DNA of 63,895 nt, counting the filler, from Stramenopiles sp. TOSAG23-2 (Eukaryota), in assembly GCA_900128395.1 (NCBI GenBank). It is 23 parts of 23 records of this genome, joined end to end, with 100 filler letters (N's around TTAATTAATTAA, not from the genome) between each part and the next. Parts side by side here need not be neighbours in the genome. Positions count along the whole stretch, not along the records: positions 36,283 to 38,965 come from LT651588.1; positions 39,066 to 41,745 come from LT651589.1; positions 41,846 to 44,520 come from LT651590.1; positions 44,621 to 47,292 come from LT651591.1; positions 47,393 to 50,063 come from LT651592.1; 18 more parts are not named here. The stretch is one strand, 5' to 3'. The position numbers and the translations under genes were made by a program. This document shows, one piece after another, positions 37,826 to 48,043 of this stretch. The notes beneath the pieces were generated by a model that worked only from the letters and a program-made list of their open reading frames with translations, did no database searches and had not been told where the DNA came from. Position 1 is the stretch's first letter. Each line of letters begins with the position of its first letter.

Positions 37826-39065
37826 AAGAAAATATTATATGTATTTATAAATATGGTATCACAGAGGTAATTCATATATATTATGTGCCAATATATAATA
37901 TTTTAATAAATATTAATGTGATGAATATTATAATGATTGTAATTTTAGAGTGAGATGCTAATATTATTATCTCCTCAAATATTGGTTGAAATCTAGGTCT
38001 AAGTACGGAGTAGTTGTATTACTGTGGAAATATTTAAACCTATGACGTACTCAGAGTATATATTAAAATATGATATGTGTTATGTATGTGTTACACTCGG
38101 ATTATCTTACGAAGTATATTTTATTTTTACGTACACTATTTTTTATTAGAATTACAGGGTTCGGTGTCTCGATCCTCCTTCACAGTTTACACAAAGTTCC
38201 TCTATTGTTAATATTTATAACAGGTGCTATGTAATGCTATTTTATATACACATTCGCATATATATCTATGCACATAATTTCAATTCAATATGGATAAATG
38301 TATCGGGAATATCGGAAGCCACAGTAACAAAATTTATCATCAGGGACACTACGGGACATAAATTCACTGTTAGGGTATTCAAGTTACATCATAAGATAAC
38401 TGTTTTTACATATATCTAAGAAACTACCAAAAACTCTGCCAAACTACACGTCTGTAAAATAATAATTGCTAATTTTCATTATTTTTTTCAACATAGTAAT
38501 ACCTTTTGCTTATTATAGATCAAATGATTTAACTAATATGTTAACCGATATTACCAAGAAGGTAACTTGTACATCATAAAAATGTATTGTAGATAGTATA
38601 TCGTAAATTATATATAATCTAGATGATTATCCAGTGAAAGATTTGGAGTAGTTCATGAAGAAATCTTTGTTTACGACAAGAAATTGAAAATAATATTTCC
38701 AAAAGTAAAACTTGAAGAACAAATGTTGCAAATGTATGATGTATATATTTGATGAATGTAGAAAGATAGATAGAGATCATTAGCACTAATTAGTATACTC
38801 TTTTATATATAGGAGCGTTCTGTTCTTTCGTAAGCCTGTGTACGGCCTAATTAATGCTATTTACCTGGACCTGAGTATCGCCATCTCACTCTATTTTTTA
38901 ATTTACTCATTGATAATTCCTACTCTCCAGAAAGAATACAATAACTGAGACAAATCTATCTCACTNNNNNNNNNNNNNNNNNNNNNNNNNNNNNNNNNNN
39001 NNNNNNNNNTTAATTAATTAANNNNNNNNNNNNNNNNNNNNNNNNNNNNNNNNNNNNNNNNNNNN

Positions 39066-39278
39066 GTTGTGGATAATGAGAGAATGTCTAAAAAAGCAGA
39101 ATAGCTTTTAAAAAAAATGACCAAAAGTGTAAAAAAAAAAGTAAAAAAAGCCATTAAGAAAAAAGAATTACCAAAATCAATCACCAGTAAATTAAGTGCA
39201 AGACAAAAAAAACTGTTATCAAAAGGTAGTGATGTGTTGTTATCAAATTTATTAGGAAGTGGTTTAAAATTAATGTGA
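39066..39278 (+). CDS. Lys-rich viral core-like protein, 5'-partial, with an in-frame TAG at 39102-39104
   Basis: Reads VVDNERMSKKAE*LLKKMTKSVKKKVKKAIKKKELPK...LLSNLLGSGLKLM*. Not in the ORF track. Confidence 0.6.
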
Positions 39279-39323
39279 TTATTTAGAAAAATATTTAAAA
39301 TTTTGTATTTAAAAATATTTTTT

Positions 39324-39347
39324 AATCTTTTACCATATTATAACATG
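39324..39347 (+). promoter_or_regulatory. Shared upstream/initiation motif of viral genes, AATMTTTTAYCATATTATAA(C)ATG
   Basis: Near-identical copy at 40687-40708 and a shorter GATATATAATG at 40969-40979, each ending at a start codon. Confidence 0.55.
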
Positions 39348-40676
39348 AATATAGTGCATCCAAGCCTACAATTCTTCCAAGAACCACTTGAAGACAAAAG
39401 TATTGAATCAAAACACATGCAAGTGTACAACCCCAATGATATTGCTCCTGGATTGACCACAAAAACCAGATATGAAGTCCAGGTCGCTGGACAATCTGCG
39501 TTTATTAATTTTGGAGAAGCAGTGTTAGAGTGCTCCGTTAAAGTTGTATCCAACGCTAATGGAGCAGGTCTGGCTAATGGTCAACATACTGCACTCCAAA
39601 ATGGTTTCTGGTCGTTGTTTGAACGTGCTCAGCTACAAGTTGGATCAGGCAGTAGTATAATTGAAGAAGTAAATTTTTGCAATATAGCCAACCAAATGAA
39701 ATATTTAATTTCCAGCACTGACGATAAATTAAGAACTGAAGGTGGAAATTTAGGAGTTTATTTAGATGAAGGACTGACTGGAGGAGCTGAAGATGACGTT
39801 GCTGATAATGCATATAATAGAGGTTTTGCAACACGCATGTCCCAAGCCTCTGCTGATGCTGGTGGTAATGCAAAATTAATTACTTTTTATGCCCCACTAA
39901 AATATTTATTTGGTTATTGTGCCGAATCACGTGTAACAAGAAATCTAAAACACACAATTATTTTAAATCGTGCTTCACATAATAATATGATTCATCGCAG
40001 TGCAGGGGCAGACCCTGCTTTAGTAAGTTTTCAACGCCTACGGGTATGGTGTCCCACCGTAGTACCCAGCCTGGAGATAATTCAACGCTATGAGAATTCA
40101 ATGCTTCAAGGGTATAGTCAGAAGATAAATTTTGAAAGTATGAACTGCTACAGGTCTGGTGTATTTCCAGCCACCGATTTAACTCCAGTATTTAAAGTGA
40201 CCACTTCTATACAAAACCCAACACATATTTTAGTGGCCATACAAAATTCAGCAACAGATAACAACCAAGAGGCAAATAATCAGGTATTTTTAACATCTGG
40301 CGTCACTGAGATGGAGGTTAGATTAAACCAAACTCAACTACCAAGAGAGCGTTTAAACACAGATTACTCAGACTCTAATGAGAATTATGGACGTGCTTAT
40401 CAGATGTTTTTAGATTATCAAAAGGATTTTGGTGCAAATTCCTTAGTTAGTAAAACAGATTTTAAGAATTTATACAACATATATCACATCGATACTACTA
40501 CTGCTGAGCCTATGGTTTTTAATAATGATGGTGGTGGAAATTCCAGTTGTGATATAGAAGTAAGATTGCGTAGGACCGCCAATCAAACTGCAATTCATAT
40601 TTACACATTAATATTCTCAGATACGGAATGTGTTGTTACTGGAACGTCTGGAGAAGTTAGAATTGAGAAGTTGTAA
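39345..40676 (+). CDS. Polinton/Maverick-type double jelly-roll major capsid protein (443 aa)
   Basis: Motif order as I recall it for Maverick capsids: FQEPLEDKSIES...NP, LQNGFWSLFE, IEEVN, FYAPLKYLFGYC, LKHTIILNR, RLRVWCPTVVPS, NPTHILVAIQ, VRLNQTQLP, RAYQMF, DFKNLYNIYHID, LIFSD. Recognised by eye, not by database search. Confidence 0.88.
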   Translation: MNIVHPSLQFFQEPLEDKSIESKHMQVYNPNDIAPGLTTKTRYEVQVAGQSAFINFGEAVLECSVKVVSNANGAGLANGQHTALQNGFWSLFERAQLQVGSGSSIIEEVNFCNIANQMKYLISSTDDKLRTEGGNLGVYLDEGLTGGAEDDVADNAYNRGFATRMSQASADAGGNAKLITFYAPLKYLFGYCAESRVTRNLKHTIILNRASHNNMIHRSAGADPALVSFQRLRVWCPTVVPSLEIIQRYENSMLQGYSQKINFESMNCYRSGVFPATDLTPVFKVTTSIQNPTHILVAIQNSATDNNQEANNQVFLTSGVTEMEVRLNQTQLPRERLNTDYSDSNENYGRAYQMFLDYQKDFGANSLVSKTDFKNLYNIYHIDTTTAEPMVFNNDGGGNSSCDIEVRLRRTANQTAIHIYTLIFSDTECVVTGTSGEVRIEKL

Positions 40677-40705
40677 AAAAAATAATAATATTTTATCATA
40701 TTATA

Positions 40706-40921
40706 ATGCCTTATAGACCACCACCACCCAGAGGTTATAAATATGATCCAGTGACTTACAAATTGGTAAAACATGTAAAACCAGTAAAAACTTTAGGAAG
40801 ACGAAGAAAAAGAAAAACTGGAGGTAGATTAAATGTTAAACAAATTAAAAGTTTAATTAGCAAAGTGAAAAAATTAACCACTAAAAAAAATGTTGCAAAA
40901 TTAAAACAGTTTTTAAGATAA
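40706..40921 (+). CDS. Small basic viral core-like protein (71 aa)
   Basis: RRRKRKTGG followed by a Lys-rich amphipathic helix. Its ATG is preceded by the same motif as the capsid gene. Confidence 0.75.
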   Translation: MPYRPPPPRGYKYDPVTYKLVKHVKPVKTLGRRRKRKTGGRLNVKQIKSLISKVKKLTTKKNVAKLKQFLR

Positions 40922-40976
40922 CAGGGAAAAAAACTAATACAAAATGATATTAATTTTTTTCTAATACAGATATATA

Positions 40977-41189
40977 ATGGTGAAGAGGAAAAAATGTGCA
41001 AGACATTGCAAAAAGAGGCGTGTGGGCAGACCTTTAGGTAGTAAAAATAAAAAACGTAAAAAAAAGACAGGTGGAGCACTACCAGCATTGGCGGTGACTG
41101 GAGCAAAAATTCTTGCTCCAATTTTAATTAGAGAGACAATGAAAAGATTGCGGAAAAAAAAGAGAGGTGGAGGTATGAGGCTCATGTGA
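40977..41189 (+). CDS. Small basic core protein, adenovirus pX/mu-like (70 aa)
   Basis: Basic tract, then TGG, then hydrophobic ALPALAVTGAKILAPILI. This matches the layout of adenovirus pX (RRMRGG-ILPLLIPLIAAAIGA). Confidence 0.72.
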   Translation: MVKRKKCARHCKKRRVGRPLGSKNKKRKKKTGGALPALAVTGAKILAPILIRETMKRLRKKKRGGGMRLM

Positions 41190-41645
41190 AAATTAGAGAA
41201 TGATGAGCCCCTGAGTAATTTTGACCTGGATAAGATGTTAAAAAGGAGTAAATCCTACATTGGTACATGGTCACATGATGCAATACCAAAATTACCAAAT
41301 AAAACATTTAGCGGAATTATAAATTTAGATAAATCAACAGGGGCAGGAACACATTGGGTATGTGTTTACCACGATAACAATAAACCCTTTACAGAATATA
41401 TTGATTCTTTTGGATTGCCTTTTAGCGACATAATAGAGAAAAAATTAAAACAGGTAAAACCCAAAATATTAATGAATTCTTCCAGGATTCAGAATATTAA
41501 AAGTAGTTTGTGCGGATTTTTCTGTTATTATTACATCACAGAGAGAGATAAGGGCAAAACACCTTACGATATTCTTTATAAATTTAGACCTGAGGGAGAA
41601 AAAAATGAAAATATTTTAAGAAAAGCCATAAAAAATCTGGAATAA
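41190..41645 (+). CDS. Adenain/Ulp1-like (clan CE) cysteine maturation protease; frame open from 41190, first ATG at 41235
   Basis: IINLD...GTHWV (His), YIDSFG (Asp) and RIQ...SSLCGFFC (Gln, Cys). PLSNFDL lies upstream of the first ATG. Confidence 0.92.
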   Translation, partial: KLENDEPLSNFDLDKMLKRSKSYIGTWSHDAIPKLPNKTFSGIINLDKSTGAGTHWVCVYHDNNKPFTEYIDSFGLPFSDIIEKKLKQVKPKILMNSSRIQNIKSSLCGFFCYYYITERDKGKTPYDILYKFRPEGEKNENILRKAIKNLE

Positions 41646-41726
41646 TCGTAATTTTTTGTAATTTTAAGACAAAAAATTAGGAAAAATCCGTAAAAAATTA
41701 GTATAAAAATCTGGAATAATCGTAAT
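41631..41726 (+). repeat. 22-bp direct repeat AAAAATCTGGAATAATCGTAAT
   Basis: Copies at 41631-41652 (overlapping the protease stop) and 41705-41726. Confidence 0.85.
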
Positions 41727-42194
41727 GTTTTTAAAAAATATGAAANNNNNNNNNNNNNNNNNNNNNNNNNNNNNNNNNNNNNNNNNNNNTTAATTAATTA
41801 ANNNNNNNNNNNNNNNNNNNNNNNNNNNNNNNNNNNNNNNNNNNNGAATAGGAGATATTGTGTTGATGGTGGTATACATGTGTTTGGTTTGTTATATTTC
41901 GTTTATGTTCATTCTCTTTTTCTGCGATTCATTTTGTTTCTTGCACTTTTCACGTATTACAGTAGCTATATTAATAACTTTAAGTTTTTTATATACTTCT
42001 TGGACTTCAATCAACACTCAACACCGAGCTATATACTTTTCATATTTCATATCACACCTTTCCCTATCAAAACCTATTTTTTATATAAAAATCAAACTGT
42101 ATTATATAATTCTAATAATAACAAGGAAAAACTAGTTTTATAAAAAATATTATAGCACTATACGTATAAAATTTTTTAGAGTATTAAAACCTAG

Positions 42195-44036
42195 CTAGCT
42201 ACCTTTAAGTTTAGGCTTGCCTTTCATATCATGCATGTTTGCAATAGCACCATGTTGATATAATAAATCAAATAGTTCCATCGTTTCCTTCTGTGGTGGC
42301 ATGGGCATGTGGGATAAACTTGGGTCATTTTGGAGCAAATAGTCAAAAACATAAGCACAATCTAGTGCTGTCGACCCATCTTTACCTTTATGGTTAATGC
42401 TGTCTAGTGGCATCTTGTTTAATAACAGTTTAACTATCTCCAATTGTTTGGCAGGAGTTCTAATAGCAGCTGGGTCAGTAAAAAAGACTCTAATCGCTTG
42501 GTGGAGGAAATTGTGCCCGGGAAAGGCGAGGAAATTTCCCGCCCGAATAAAGCTTGGATCGGCACCATGGTCTAGCAAACATTTGACTGCATTAGAGTTA
42601 CAATAATCAATAGCTATACCTAATGGTGATAGCACCCCGCCTTTCCTCGCTGCTTCAAAGTCACTTTCAAAAGTAGAACTAGAAACTGAATCCGAACAAA
42701 AACGACGAAAAATTTTCTTTACGATCTCTAAATCAACACCTTCTACATTTTGAACAAATATCTGTTGAAGGATTGTACTAGATTTATCACAATCATAGTT
42801 ATCAATAATTTTTTTCACTATTGCTGAATCTCCTTGAATCATACACGCAATCATCAAATATCCTATATTGGGTCTACCATTTTTATCAAAATGTAAACAT
42901 TTGCCACCATGTTCCATTAGTAAGTGGAACAATTTCGAAAAATGTGGATGTGGGTCATCCATATTGACACTAGCTAAAAATTCGCAAATGTTTGTGCTAT
43001 ATGGGCTGTACTCTTTGAATACCTTTTTATTAATCTCCTCTGCTGACATCTTCATTAGCAATAATTGAACGATCTCAAGGCTACTTGTTCTTGCCGATTC
43101 ACTTCTAGCTATTTTAAAATTGTCACAAGCGCATCCTAGGATACAATGAAAAAATGTACTTCCTGTATCATGGTCTACGGATACGCGTATACCTAGGTCG
43201 ACATCACCGGTATCAAGTAAAGTTCGAGTTAAATCAAGATCTCTATTTAGTACTGCAACCCAAAGCTCATTTACAGTTCCAGTTAAATCTTCAGGTTTTA
43301 AAATTTGGCTGTCTCCTTCATTCGAATTGATCTTACCATTTCCGTTCCGCATATTTTTCGGTTCCACTTCTCGTTTGTTCCCCCCACGTTGACATACCAA
43401 TTCAATCAAATCTTTCTGTATAGGACTTTGATTTTTCTGATAGCAAAAATCTAATGGAGTTTTTTTAGAAAGATTATCACGATGATTAATAGCTTCTACG
43501 GTCATATTATCCAGTAACAATTTTACTGTATCAACATTTTTTGTATTCGTACAAACTGCAAAATGTAACGCGTTCATTCCCATAGACGTTGCAAGATTAG
43601 CATCTGCACCATGTGCTAACAAATGTTCCACTACGTCAATATGTTCATTCGCTGCAGCAACAGTTAGAGCGCTGTTGCATGTATAGTTTCCTATCATTGG
43701 AATTTCAAAACCTTTACCTTCTTGATTTATCATCTCTACCACGCTCATACCAGTTTCCCTCGCATCATGATTTCTTATGAAAAAATCTACATGTTCAAAG
43801 TGCCCAATTTGCGATGCTACAACAAATGGCGTTTTACCTGGATATTTTTTTTCATATTGTGCTTCCAATAAACTATTGATTGAATTTGAATGGAACGATT
43901 TGAAAGATGCATTTGACGCACGCCATGTACGCATGGTATAAGATGGGCTTTTGTTCGTATTGAATTTTGTTCTAGTGCCATATCTTACATTTTTTGCAAT
44001 AAAATTGCAATATCTATTACGTATTAAGTTGATCAT
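42195..44036 (-). CDS. Ankyrin-repeat protein with an Arg/Ser-rich N-terminus (possible mitochondrial presequence)
   Basis: GKTPFVVAS, ALTVAAANEH...HGADAN, GMNALHFAV, KTPLDFCY and SPLGIAIDY motifs; same subfamily as 20108-20908. Confidence 0.9.
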   Translation of the reverse strand: MINLIRNRYCNFIAKNVRYGTRTKFNTNKSPSYTMRTWRASNASFKSFHSNSINSLLEAQYEKKYPGKTPFVVASQIGHFEHVDFFIRNHDARETGMSVVEMINQEGKGFEIPMIGNYTCNSALTVAAANEHIDVVEHLLAHGADANLATSMGMNALHFAVCTNTKNVDTVKLLLDNMTVEAINHRDNLSKKTPLDFCYQKNQSPIQKDLIELVCQRGGNKREVEPKNMRNGNGKINSNEGDSQILKPEDLTGTVNELWVAVLNRDLDLTRTLLDTGDVDLGIRVSVDHDTGSTFFHCILGCACDNFKIARSESARTSSLEIVQLLLMKMSAEEINKKVFKEYSPYSTNICEFLASVNMDDPHPHFSKLFHLLMEHGGKCLHFDKNGRPNIGYLMIACMIQGDSAIVKKIIDNYDCDKSSTILQQIFVQNVEGVDLEIVKKIFRRFCSDSVSSSTFESDFEAARKGGVLSPLGIAIDYCNSNAVKCLLDHGADPSFIRAGNFLAFPGHNFLHQAIRVFFTDPAAIRTPAKQLEIVKLLLNKMPLDSINHKGKDGSTALDCAYVFDYLLQNDPSLSHMPMPPQKETMELFDLLYQHGAIANMHDMKGKPKLKGS

Positions 44037-44645
44037 TTTGTTTGTTTGTGTTTTTAAATGTTTTTGTTATTTGTTCTGTCTTTCTTTTTGTTTTTGTTAA
44101 CTTGTATATAACCAGAGAGGAATGATATAACTATACATACATATATACTTTTTATACAGAAAACACTGTGTGTGTACATGTGTGATTGACGCAGTGGAAT
44201 ATAGCAATGCAATAGCATGTAAATACAACAGGAAGCAGAAGGCAATTCGCGTTTCTTTTTTCACACATCGCTATTTCTTCGGTATTTCGGTGTCTTTCAT
44301 AATTAATTTCCACCTACACAGCACTAAATCCAATATACTATAGTAGTTAGAATAGTAGTATAAGTATAATAGTGTTATTTTATGTTAAGGTAGAATACTT
44401 TACCCAATAATCTAAATCATCCAAAATAATAATTCAACACAATAATATAATCGAATAGAAATATAAATATATATGTAAGAAGAACAAAACCCTTCACATC
44501 ATCTTAACTCCCCATAAACGNNNNNNNNNNNNNNNNNNNNNNNNNNNNNNNNNNNNNNNNNNNNTTAATTAATTAANNNNNNNNNNNNNNNNNNNNNNNN
44601 NNNNNNNNNNNNNNNNNNNNCTTTCCCTTGCTGAAATCATATGAT

Positions 44646-47164
44646 TCAATCATCTTTATACAAATGTAAATTATTTGCTAGGTAACGTTCACCATCTGCA
44701 AATAACCATGAGACGGCAGCTTCAACATCTACCGTACCAGTTTTACCATCTTGAAAATTACGTAATGAATGTTTAATTAAACCTTTTGGAAAATAACCTA
44801 AACCCATTTGTATGACTTTTTCTATTGCACTATCAACCATTGTTTCTAAAAAACGTGGATCAGTAAATTCTTCATTAATATTCATAATATCAATTGACAT
44901 TTTTTTACTATTTTCTAGAGCATCAGTTTGATTATTATTATTATTATTATTATTGTTGTTATTGCCTTTCATCGTTGCAAATCCATCTTGTTGTTCCTCT
45001 TCTTCTTCATTATTATTATTATTATTATTATTTGTTTTTTTTCGTTTCATATCTGGTTGATTGTTTTTACTGCTACTATTATTATTACTATTATTATCAT
45101 CATCATCATCATCTTGATTATTGTTATTATTATTACGTATATTATTTGTATTATAACTTGCTTCCATTGCTTGATGCATCATATCTTGTTCAAAACGTTG
45201 TTGTTCAATTCGAAAGGATTCTTCAGATGCTTTTTGTACTTGTTCTAATAATGTATCTTCCACATGTTGTCGTTCACTATCACGCATAACACGTTGTACA
45301 ATAATTGCATCCATACCAACTATACCATTCGAATTAGTAGTAGTAGTACTACTACTATTATTATTATTTGTATCATTATTACCAAAAAAAATTTGATTTG
45401 CTTCTGCACGTGATGCTTGTATTGCAGCATTTAATTGACCAGGTGCACGTGTTTTTGCCAATGCAATTGCACCATCTTCCACTTTACCAGGTGTAGATGT
45501 CATTGGTTTCCAATGATGTGGATCTATAATGGAATCATAATGTCCACCTTTAAAAAAGGATAAACGTATTGGTATTTTTTGACTATTATTATTATTATTT
45601 GATGACGATAATGTGGTTGTTGTCGTTGTTGAAGTGGTGCTCATTGTATTATTATTATTTCCAGATGAATTACTATAAGTACTACTATTACTATTATTAG
45701 TATTATTATTATCCTCATCAAAACCAATACCAAATTTACAATGATCTTGTACATGTGCACCATCATTGACACTATCATATGTCCATATTTCAATTCTACG
45801 ACCATATATTTCTGCACATGCACCAATTTCAGGATAATCACCCCATGCATTTTCACCAACATCACGTGCGTCTTGTGCCATCGTACGTAAATATGCCGTG
45901 AAATTACCTCTGGAACCACGTAATGCTTCACAGGATGGTGCAAAATGTTCAGAATTATGGGACATGTATTCAACACATTTACGACGTATTAATAAATGAT
46001 GATTTTCCGTACCATATACTTGATGACTAATACTACGAAATAAACAATTACCATCACCATGGCAACTAACTATATCATATCGTTCACGTTTCAATGCATT
46101 ACGATATGCTTCAAAATTAGAAACATGTTCATTTAATGTACTTTCTTTTGTTTCCGGTCCACTCGTATCAATCATATGACAATTATCATTGGAATGAATG
46201 TTATTATCATTATTATTTGCATCATTTACGTCAGACATTTTTGATGCATAATATTCAGCATTATACATACTTTTTAATTTACTATTACCAATAGTACTTG
46301 AGCGTGTAGTTGGTGATGTTGGATTAGAGGATGACGTTTTACCACCTGCGCCGCCGCCGCCACCACCACCAGTATTACTATTATTATAATTATTTGTCTT
46401 GCTAGATTCATGTTGTTCATTATTATCATCATTTAAGGCTGTTTTTTGTCCAGGTACAGGTGTATATCTTACAATATATAAGGAAACACGTTCATTGGTA
46501 GTATTTCTTATTTGATTGTTTAACATATCATTGCTACTACGTTTACTACTTCCACCATTGTTGTTATTATAATTATTAGTAGAATATTTACCACGTGATA
46601 AAACGACGGAACATAATACGTCATTTTGATATTGTTGACCAGCATATACAACACGTTGCATATTCCATGGTAAATTAATAACAGGTTGTAATCGTAATTT
46701 TAATTGCTTTACAGTTTCATTTGGATAAATATTAAATTCATAATCAGTAGTTGGACGATTGTTTCGAGTTGTAGTAGCTGATGATGATGATACTTTACTA
46801 CCTGCACTGTTATTATTTAATCTACGACTATAATAACTATTACGATTAGTACTTGCTGCTATTGGATTGCTGTTTTATTTTTTTTATTTGTGTAAATTTG
46901 TATGATTTGACATATTATATATTTTGGTTGTTATGTGTTAATTTTGTTGATTGAAATAAATTAATAATTATTGTATCCTAGTTAATGTATAGGTAATTAT
47001 TGTTTAGTTAGTGTATGTGTGTATGTTGTAACTTACATGACTTTGATGTATACTGGTATAGGTGGAATACTATTGATTTCACTAACACTTGGATGTACGT
47101 TTAAATAATCATCTTGTCGTTGTTCACGATATCGTTCATCATCATCATTGATATTATTATTCAT
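44646..47164 (-). CDS. OTU-domain deubiquitinase (OTUD5-like) with UIM-like and C-terminal UBA-like segments; intron 46870-47036
   Basis: GDGNCLFRS, WG and HYDS catalytic motifs. The frame is open upstream of 46661 and splices (GTAAGT...CAG) in frame to an ATG exon at 47164. Confidence 0.9.
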
Positions 47165-48043
47165 CCTTTTAATTTTTATTTTGAATATATTATTTTGTAA
47201 CTAAGATATATATATATTTATTATCCTAAATTTTAATAATGTAATTGAAAAAAATGTTGAAACGAAACTTTTGTTCTGTAATATCTATCTATNNNNNNNN
47301 NNNNNNNNNNNNNNNNNNNNNNNNNNNNNNNNNNNNTTAATTAATTAANNNNNNNNNNNNNNNNNNNNNNNNNNNNNNNNNNNNNNNNNNNNATCTACAC
47401 CTACGGTGGTATCTCTGTTCCAGAACGCCAACTTCCATTATGAATAGTGTTATTTTTTTAATACAGCATTGGGCACATCAGGGCACAGAAAATCGTTTAA
47501 GACTATTCTTTGCTATACCACACCGTGCTCTATCTAAATATCCCGACCCTACCAATCAATCCACGTACCACGTGGTATAATAAGTTGGATCAGAAGGTTG
47601 AATCATCTGAGAGACACACGGTACTGTACTACATGTAATAGCATTGTAAAATTTATAAAATCTAGAAAAAAAGCTTGTGCTGTGTGCACGTGGCGATCAT
47701 GATATCATAGACTATACAGTTATTCTCCATGCTACAACAATACATGTAATCCTGGTAATGTGAGATGAATATAAGAGATATAAAATCTCACACTACATGT
47801 ATTTTGAATGTATATTATAGTTAAAAGTGGAAAAATAGAAACATATCAGACAAAAGGTATTTTGAAAAACTAACGGTGAGGCAGGTAGGGCATACTTATT
47901 GATATACATTTATACCAACGACATAGCCTATTCATTGTTTTATATGTACGTTTGTTCACTTGGAATTATTTTTTTTTGGAAAATCCGAAATTTTGAAACA
48001 CAGTTAGTCAATATACCATATATTTAGACGACTAGTCTCTGCC

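Larger units (their letters stand above)
39066..41745 (+). mobile_element. Polinton/Maverick-type virus, morphogenesis module fragment (endogenous or co-binned)
   Basis: Five tightly packed, co-oriented, intronless genes: major capsid protein, basic core-like proteins and adenain-like protease. No host-type poly-Asn tracts. No pPolB, integrase, ATPase or TIR within the contig. Confidence 0.88.

Noticed and set aside
39066-41745. Ciliate-type genetic code (TAA/TAG = Gln) to explain the in-frame TAG
   Set aside because: The 443-codon capsid gene has many Gln codons and no internal TAA/TAG, and both capsid and protease end at TAA where the proteins appear complete.
36283-44520. PhyH and ankyrin genes as cargo or flanks of the viral element
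   Set aside because: They lie on different contigs. Adjacency reflects length sorting only.
44894-45289. Poly-Tyr/poly-Ile ORFs and similar short ORFs across the window
   Set aside because: They are antisense or off-frame shadows of AAT (poly-Asn) and GAT repeats in real genes.
47393-47760. GC-richer non-coding stretch as a tRNA/ncRNA or transposase remnant
   Set aside because: I could not find a cloverleaf, box motifs or a recognisable protein motif. No RNA gene could be supported anywhere in the window.
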